Of a stretch of 64,000 bases of DNA, positions 59,064 to 64,000 are shown piece by piece; the stretch's first letter is position 1; every line of letters begins with the position of its first letter. The position numbers and the translations under genes are program-made. The stretch is from an uncultured bacterium (lineage in GTDB: Bacteria > Patescibacteriota > Minisyncoccia > UBA6257 > GWB1-50-10): assembly GCA_963722655.1 (NCBI GenBank), contig CAVRNT010000001.1, positions 162,612 through 226,611 on the forward strand, in the 5' to 3' direction. Below the pieces are notes generated by a model. It was not told where the DNA came from. It did not search any database and was given only the letters and a program-made list of their open reading frames with translations.

Positions 59064-59300
59064 TTACAATTTAAACTCCTTGCTCTTGGGGAAGTGAAAT
59101 TTTGATTTTATTTCACGACCCCGACGTTCAATTTCGGAAAAGATTTTTCCGACATCTTCCTCGGAATAGTCATACGCGCTCCTATTTGAACAATTACCCA
59201 AGACCTTAAGCTTTTGGAGAACAGCGTTGGTACGTTGGGTTGCTAACCTCTTGAAACGTTCCCTTTTTTCTTCGTTATTATTTTTCATATACTTAGTCAA
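59064..59300 (-). CDS. hypothetical small basic protein upstream of the GHKL gene
   Basis: 78-aa ORF ending 3 nt before the GHKL start. Could be a regulator. Confidence 0.3.
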   Translation of the reverse strand: MTKYMKNNNEEKRERFKRLATQRTNAVLQKLKVLGNCSNRSAYDYSEEDVGKIFSEIERRGREIKSKFHFPKSKEFKL

Positions 59301-59489
59301 TAACTATTATCCTTATAAGGGTACTCTACCCTTATAAAATAGTCAATACCCTTATTTATGGATATTAAAGGAGATTCTAGTGTATTCAAAAACTTGCCCT
59401 TTTCGCCCACTTATCGCCTTGTAGCGCCCTTTTAGTTATCAACTCGACTATCCTGGACGCCCTAGCGGGGTTGCGTCATCCCTTGTGGC

Positions 59490-59990
59490 ATGACCAACCA
59501 AAGTAAGGGGTCGGCAGGAGCGGCGACCCGAGTAAGCCAACCGCTCCCAGTAAAGGTCGCGTACTGCCTCTACGCGAGGAAGAGCACGGAAAGCGAGGAA
59601 CAGCAGGTCCTCTCGATCGAGAGCCAGGTGAAGGAAATGCTCCAGATTGCCGAGCGGGACGGGCTCGTAATCACCGAGATCAGGAAGGAGAGTCACTCGG
59701 CCAAGGCGACCGGGGAGCGGGAGGTGTTCAACGGGCTCCTGAAGGACATCAAGGGCGGCAAGTTCAACGGCATCCTAACCTGGGCTCCTGACCGCCTGAG
59801 CCGGAATGCAGGTGACCTCGGGTCGCTGGTCGACCTCATGGATCAGAAGCTCCTCATCGAGATACGGACCTTCAGCCAGAAGTTCACCAATAGCCCGAGC
59901 GAGAAGTTCATGCTCATGATCCTCTGCTCAACGGCCAAACTCGAGAATGACAATAAGTCCGAGAACGTGAAGCGAGGCCTCCGAACCCGG
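59490..59990 (+). pseudogene. serine recombinase (resolvase/invertase or large serine recombinase) N-terminal catalytic domain, truncated by the IS3 insertion
   Basis: Catalytic YCLYARKSTESEEQQ..SIESQ, then ILTWAPDRLSRN and LENDNKSENVKRGL. The reading frame runs into the IS right end at 59991 and stops (…EQWQYPQS*). Confidence 0.7.
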
Positions 59991-60016
59991 TGTGAGCAGT
60001 GGCAATACCCCCAAAG

Positions 60017-60826
60017 TTAAGACACTTTTTCGACAAGTTTTTGGTAACGTTCTGCGAATAAGAGTGGTGGCATCTTGAGGATGGAATGAATCCTCTGGTG
60101 ATTGTAATGCCAGACAAGGCGATGAATCTCATAGACCAGTTCTCCCAACGTCTTGAATCTCTCCGGGTCTCCCAGGTCCACTTTGAATTTGTCATAGAAA
60201 GACTCTTGGTATCCGTTTTCCCAGGGAGAGGCTTTTGCGCTCCGGGATATCCGGATGCCAAACTCCATGAGAGTTCCTTCAAAGACCTTGGATCCATATT
60301 CTCTTCCGTTGTCCGAATGAAAGATGTTCGGCCTGGGATGGAACTCCACCGCAGAGAAGAAAGCTTGAAGAATCAATGGCACTGAATGAACATTCATCAC
60401 CGCGGAGCCCACAATCTCTCTCGTGAAGAGATCTAGTACGGTCGCCAGATACAGGAACTTTCCCTGATACGGAATGTACGTGAAGTCTGCCACCCAGATG
60501 TCATTGGGAAATCTCGGATAATTGGTTTTGAGGAGATTTGGGTACGGGGTTCTCGCCACGCCCATTTTTCTTGGCTTTCTTCCTCTTCTCCGATATGCCT
60601 TTATCCCGAAGAGTCTCATCACTCTCTGAGCTCTCTTCCGGTTCACATGAAGAGCGAGCGCCACTCTCGGGTAGCCGTAGCTCGGATCCTTCGAGAGCAC
60701 CTCCTCTATCTTTGTTTTGAGTTCCCAATCCTTTGGTATTTGCTTTGAGGCGTAGTACAGACTCGATCTCGAAATACCAAGCTCACGGGCCAGTGCTCGC
60801 TTCGTCTTCTTCTGCTTCTTGATCAA
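60017..60826 (-). CDS. IS3-family transposase OrfB (DDE)
   Basis: Identical 269-aa product to 41545..42354. Confidence 0.9.
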   Translation of the reverse strand: MIKKQKKTKRALARELGISRSSLYYASKQIPKDWELKTKIEEVLSKDPSYGYPRVALALHVNRKRAQRVMRLFGIKAYRRRGRKPRKMGVARTPYPNLLKTNYPRFPNDIWVADFTYIPYQGKFLYLATVLDLFTREIVGSAVMNVHSVPLILQAFFSAVEFHPRPNIFHSDNGREYGSKVFEGTLMEFGIRISRSAKASPWENGYQESFYDKFKVDLGDPERFKTLGELVYEIHRLVWHYNHQRIHSILKMPPLLFAERYQKLVEKVS

Positions 60827-61080
60827 CGCTTTTTTTGAGTCCGGGAGGAGGCAAGAGTGAGCTCGCCCACGAGAGCGAGAAGCTCATCGTTCTGGCGCTT
60901 GAGACGAACGAGTTCACCAATGGTGGGGTTGCCTTTCACTCCTCGTCCCAGCCAGTTGTATATGGTGGCGGGATTGAGACCGTGTTCTTTGGCAGCCTGA
61001 GCGACCGGTATGCCTTCTTCCTTGATCCTCTTCAATATCTGCTCCTTCACCTCGGGAGCGATGCGGTATGTTTTCTTCAT
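60823..61080 (-). CDS. IS3-family transposase OrfA (HTH DNA-binding)
   Basis: 85-aa protein with an HTH (GIPVAQAAKEHGLNPATIYNWL) and a leucine-zipper-like C-terminus. Ends at the slippery site. Confidence 0.85.
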   Translation of the reverse strand: MKKTYRIAPEVKEQILKRIKEEGIPVAQAAKEHGLNPATIYNWLGRGVKGNPTIGELVRLKRQNDELLALVGELTLASSRTQKKR

Positions 61081-61187
61081 GACACAAGGTTATATTATCT
61101 TCGACCTTTGTGTCTAATATATGGGGTTAATGCCACCACGCAAATCGAGGAGCCCCTCTTCAAGCATCGAAAGTTCGTGACGGGAAC

Positions 61188-61475
61188 TTGTTAGCCTTTT
61201 ACAACGAAAAGAAACCGTCAACACACTATGACAAAATAGCAGTTTTCGCGTATTACATAAATGAAAACGGAAAGAAGGTTTTTTCGGAGAGCGACGTCAA
61301 GGGTTGTTATGACGAGCTGCGGCGAGTCACTAAAATACCTGGAAACTTACGGGTAACACTCCAGGACACAATTCGATATACTGGATATATCAAACGAGTG
61401 AAAAAGATGAATTACGAACTCACTTCCGCGGGCAGTAACTATGTCAACTTCCAATTACCCGGCAGTGTTAAGTGA
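61188..61475 (+). CDS. hypothetical protein
   Basis: 95-aa ORF, low GC, overlaps the next ORF. Confidence 0.3.
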   Translation: MLAFYNEKKPSTHYDKIAVFAYYINENGKKVFSESDVKGCYDELRRVTKIPGNLRVTLQDTIRYTGYIKRVKKMNYELTSAGSNYVNFQLPGSVK

Positions 61476-62238
61476 GTTGAGAGCCCGTCTCAACGCGTTT
61501 CTCGAAAAGTTACCTACCCCTCTCGAGGACCTACCCGATAACTACTCTCGTATTGGGGTTTTTATTTACTTCCTCACAATTCTTGAGGGAGAAGGGGTAG
61601 CTCTGAAAAGTTCGATATTACAGCTCTTTGACCTCGCAGACATAAATAGACCAGCTAATGTAGACAGAGACTTCCGAGAGCTGCGGAGGGTAGGAAGAAT
61701 TATTCCTCTCGATGAGGGGTTCCGCCTTCATCGTCGGGAGCAAAGGAAAATTGAGGACGATATCAGGGGAAGACAGAAAACAGTAGACCTACGAAAGGAT
61801 CTTCTAGCGTTAACGAAAAAGATTCCAAACCAACTTGAGCGAGAGTTCATTGAAGAGGCAGTTCGATGTTTTGCGACAAGACCACCGTCTAAGCGCGCGA
61901 CTGTGGTTCTCACTTGGATAACCTGCGTTGACCACCTACAAAACTTCGTCTTGGGAAGTAGGAAAAACTTAACTAAATTCAACTCAGCGCTTATAACGAC
62001 GAAACAGAGGGTCCAAAGAATATCGAAAAAGGAGAACTTCTCAGACTTAGACGAAAGTGTGTTCATTCAAAAACTGAGAGAGGCGAGGCTTATCGATACG
62101 AATATCCACAAGCAATTAAACCGCCATCTCGGCTTCCGGGATTCGTGTGCCCACCCAAACACCTTTTATGTCTCCGATCCTGCTGTGGAGGCCTACATAG
62201 AAGACTCAATCAAAAATATCCTCGTGAAATTCAAGTGA
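61441..62238 (+). CDS. hypothetical protein
   Basis: 265-aa ORF, low GC, followed by a hairpin (caaaacggcga...tcgccgtcttg) and a T-run at ~62310-62345. Confidence 0.35.
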   Translation: MSTSNYPAVLSELRARLNAFLEKLPTPLEDLPDNYSRIGVFIYFLTILEGEGVALKSSILQLFDLADINRPANVDRDFRELRRVGRIIPLDEGFRLHRREQRKIEDDIRGRQKTVDLRKDLLALTKKIPNQLEREFIEEAVRCFATRPPSKRATVVLTWITCVDHLQNFVLGSRKNLTKFNSALITTKQRVQRISKKENFSDLDESVFIQKLREARLIDTNIHKQLNRHLGFRDSCAHPNTFYVSDPAVEAYIEDSIKNILVKFK

Positions 62239-62413
62239 GATGTTAATTGAGGTACCCGCATCCACCGGTACCAAGTACTAACTGCGGACGGTGGTGATCT
62301 GGAAAAACAAAACGGCGATCGCTCGCCGTCTTGTTTTGCGCCCTTGCTTGGTGGGTTCTTAAGTCGCTCTAGCGAGGCGGGGACCCTTGTCCCTCCAACC
62401 TCGCCCTGGTCTG

Positions 62414-62487
62414 TGCCCTCGGCAGGAATTGAACCTGCAACCTCTTGGTTCGAAGCCAAGCACTCTATCCAATTGAGCTACGAGGGC
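62414..62487 (-). tRNA. tRNA-Arg (anticodon TCG)
   Basis: Acceptor GCCCTCG/CGAGGGC, anticodon stem CTTGG/CCAAG with loop CTTCGAA. Confidence 0.75.
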
Positions 62488-62560
62488 GTTCGCTTCATTA
62501 TCGGCCGATGGGAGAAAAAAATAAACCCCGCGCTGGATTGCGGGGTTCAATAAACGAGAC

Positions 62561-62782
62561 TCAGGTTAATGGGATAGCTAACTGTTCTTCCTTGTAGAAT
62601 AGGTCGCCTTGTTGGCTATTCCGCTTCTCCATCGTCAACTTCAGTTTGGCGTTGGCGGTCAATCGCTCCACTCGGTCCTTGAATTCTTCCGGCGGGACTG
62701 GTGGATTAGCACGCAACATCGCATTTATCTCTTCCACCAACCCATTAATGATTTCGTCCGAATCCTTCATTTTTAACCCCAA
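62561..62782 (-). CDS. hypothetical small protein
   Basis: 73-aa ORF with no motifs. Confidence 0.25.
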   Translation of the reverse strand: MGLKMKDSDEIINGLVEEINAMLRANPPVPPEEFKDRVERLTANAKLKLTMEKRNSQQGDLFYKEEQLAIPLT

Positions 62783-62860
62783 TTTTTAGTTATCTGCCGG
62801 AAGCATAGACCCGAAGGAAGGAAATTTCAATATGCGACCGTTTCGGTTAGAATTAATCTG

Positions 62861-64000
62861 ATGAAGCCGAAGATACCGAAGGTCGTTCATGAGACCGGCG
62901 CCGTTTTGGGGAAGGCCGGCTTTAAGGCCTATCTCGTCGGCGGTTGCGTCCGCGACCTCTATCTCGGCCGGGAGCCGAAGGATTGGGACATCGCGACGGA
63001 CGCTTTGCCGGAGAAGATCCAAAAGCTCTTCCCCGAGAGCGTTTATGAAAATACGTTCGGGACCGTGGGGGTGAAGACGGATTCCAAGGATGAGCGTTTG
63101 AAGATAATCGAGATCACCACCTTCCGCTCCGAGGGCCGGTACACCGATAAACGCCACCCGGACGAGGTGAAGTTCGCGAAGACCATCGAAAAAGACCTCT
63201 CCCGCCGCGACTTCACGATCAACGCTATCGCGATGGACCTCGCCGACCCGAAGGAGGCGTTTATCGATCCCTATGGCGGGGAAGCGGACCTTAAAAAGAA
63301 AGTGATCCGCACAGTGCGCGAGCCGCGCGAACGCTTCAACGAGGACGCCTTACGATTGATGCGAGCCGTCCGTTTCGCAGTGGAGCTGGGGTTTGCGATA
63401 GACGGACTGACGCTCAAGGCCGTGAAGGAACAGGCAGGGCTCTTGGAAATGATCGCCAAGGAGCGCATCCGCGACGAGCTCGTTAAGATTGTGATGGCCG
63501 ACCGTGCGGCCGAGGGTATCATCCTCTTGGAGGACGTCGGTCTTTTGAAGTTCATCATCTCCGAGCTTAGGGAGGGGATCGGCTGCGGCCAGAACAAGCA
63601 CCACATCTATACCGTCTTCGAACACAACGTCCGTGCTTTGAACTACACCGCCGAGAAGGGCTACTCGCTCGTCGTCCGCCTCGCTGCCCTCCTCCACGAC
63701 GTGGGCAAGCCCCGTTCCAAACGGGGGGATGGCCCCGATTCCACTTTCCATGGCCACGAGGTCGTGGGCGCGCGGATGACCGTGAAGATAATGGACCGCC
63801 TGCGTTTCGGCAAGGAGATCGCGGATAAGGTCGTCCACCTCGTCCGCTGCCATCTTTTCTATTACAACGTGGGCGAAGTGACCGAGGCCGGCGTACGGCG
63901 CTTCCTCGTCCGGGTGAGGCCGGAGAATGTGGATGACCTCTTGAAGGTCCGCGAGGCCGACCGCATCGGCTCGGGCGTGCCCAAGGCCTTCCCGTACAAA
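62861..64000 (+). CDS. cca: CCA-adding enzyme / poly(A) polymerase family nucleotidyltransferase with HD domain (3' end outside the window)
   Basis: Pol-beta NTase motif GGCVRDLYLG...DWDIATD, RxxRxxxF RNA-binding region, HD motif HDVGK. The ORF runs to the window edge. Confidence 0.8.
   Translation, partial: MKPKIPKVVHETGAVLGKAGFKAYLVGGCVRDLYLGREPKDWDIATDALPEKIQKLFPESVYENTFGTVGVKTDSKDERLKIIEITTFRSEGRYTDKRHPDEVKFAKTIEKDLSRRDFTINAIAMDLADPKEAFIDPYGGEADLKKKVIRTVREPRERFNEDALRLMRAVRFAVELGFAIDGLTLKAVKEQAGLLEMIAKERIRDELVKIVMADRAAEGIILLEDVGLLKFIISELREGIGCGQNKHHIYTVFEHNVRALNYTAEKGYSLVVRLAALLHDVGKPRSKRGDGPDSTFHGHEVVGARMTVKIMDRLRFGKEIADKVVHLVRCHLFYYNVGEVTEAGVRRFLVRVRPENVDDLLKVREADRIGSGVPKAFPYK

Larger units (their letters stand above)
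59991..61135 (-). mobile_element. IS3-family insertion sequence, complete copy (1145 bp)
   Basis: 26-bp imperfect terminal IRs tggcaatacccccaaagttaagacac / tggcattaaccccatatattagacac. orfA + orfB with an A AAA AAG frameshift site. Confidence 0.85.

Noticed and set aside
61136-61475. Continuation of the serine recombinase beyond the IS
   Set aside because: Translating all frames after the IS left end gives no recombinase-domain or zinc-ribbon sequence (it reads …ANRGAPLQASKVRDGNLLAFYNEKKPSTHYD…). The 3' part of the recombinase is absent, not merely displaced.
62344-62553. Two overlapping small ORFs on opposite strands
   Set aside because: Both overlap tRNA-Arg(TCG).

Overview
The 64 kb window has a ~58-60% GC backbone with several lower-GC islands. 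It appears to come from a small-genome, probably monoderm (CPR/Patescibacteria-like) bacterium. Supporting evidence is a minimal IF-2, a type IV pilus locus with no secretin, many -10 boxes sitting directly on start codons, and the presence of a DGR. These lineage calls are inferences made without database access.

The backbone carries housekeeping genes: an M16 peptidase, an AI-2E transporter, metG, tatD, leuS, an HtrA-like protease, two RNA methyltransferases, infB-rbfA, a NUDIX hydrolase, tyrS, clpP, ligA, gatCA, a PheRS-like gene, recG and a partial CCA-adding enzyme, plus 16 tRNA genes.

Accessory content:
- A complete diversity-generating retroelement (RT, Avd, a 127-bp TR and two paralogous target genes with adenine-specific VR variation) sits in a lower-GC island bounded by tRNA genes.
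- A cluster of secreted, Cys-rich, FN3/BNR-type surface proteins includes one with a T9SS C-terminal sorting domain.
- A full type IV pilus locus (pilM/N/O/B/T/C, three pilins, pilD, four minor pilins) is interrupted by a 5'-truncated IS3-family copy.
- A second, intact IS3 copy lies in inverted orientation 17.6 kb away and disrupts a serine recombinase.
- A low-GC island between tRNA-Lys and tRNA-Arg carries a GHKL-ATPase two-gene operon, a candidate defence system.

Other oddities are a TauE gene with an in-frame amber codon, a monomeric mitochondrial-type PheRS, and a long structured leader upstream of an SMR gene.
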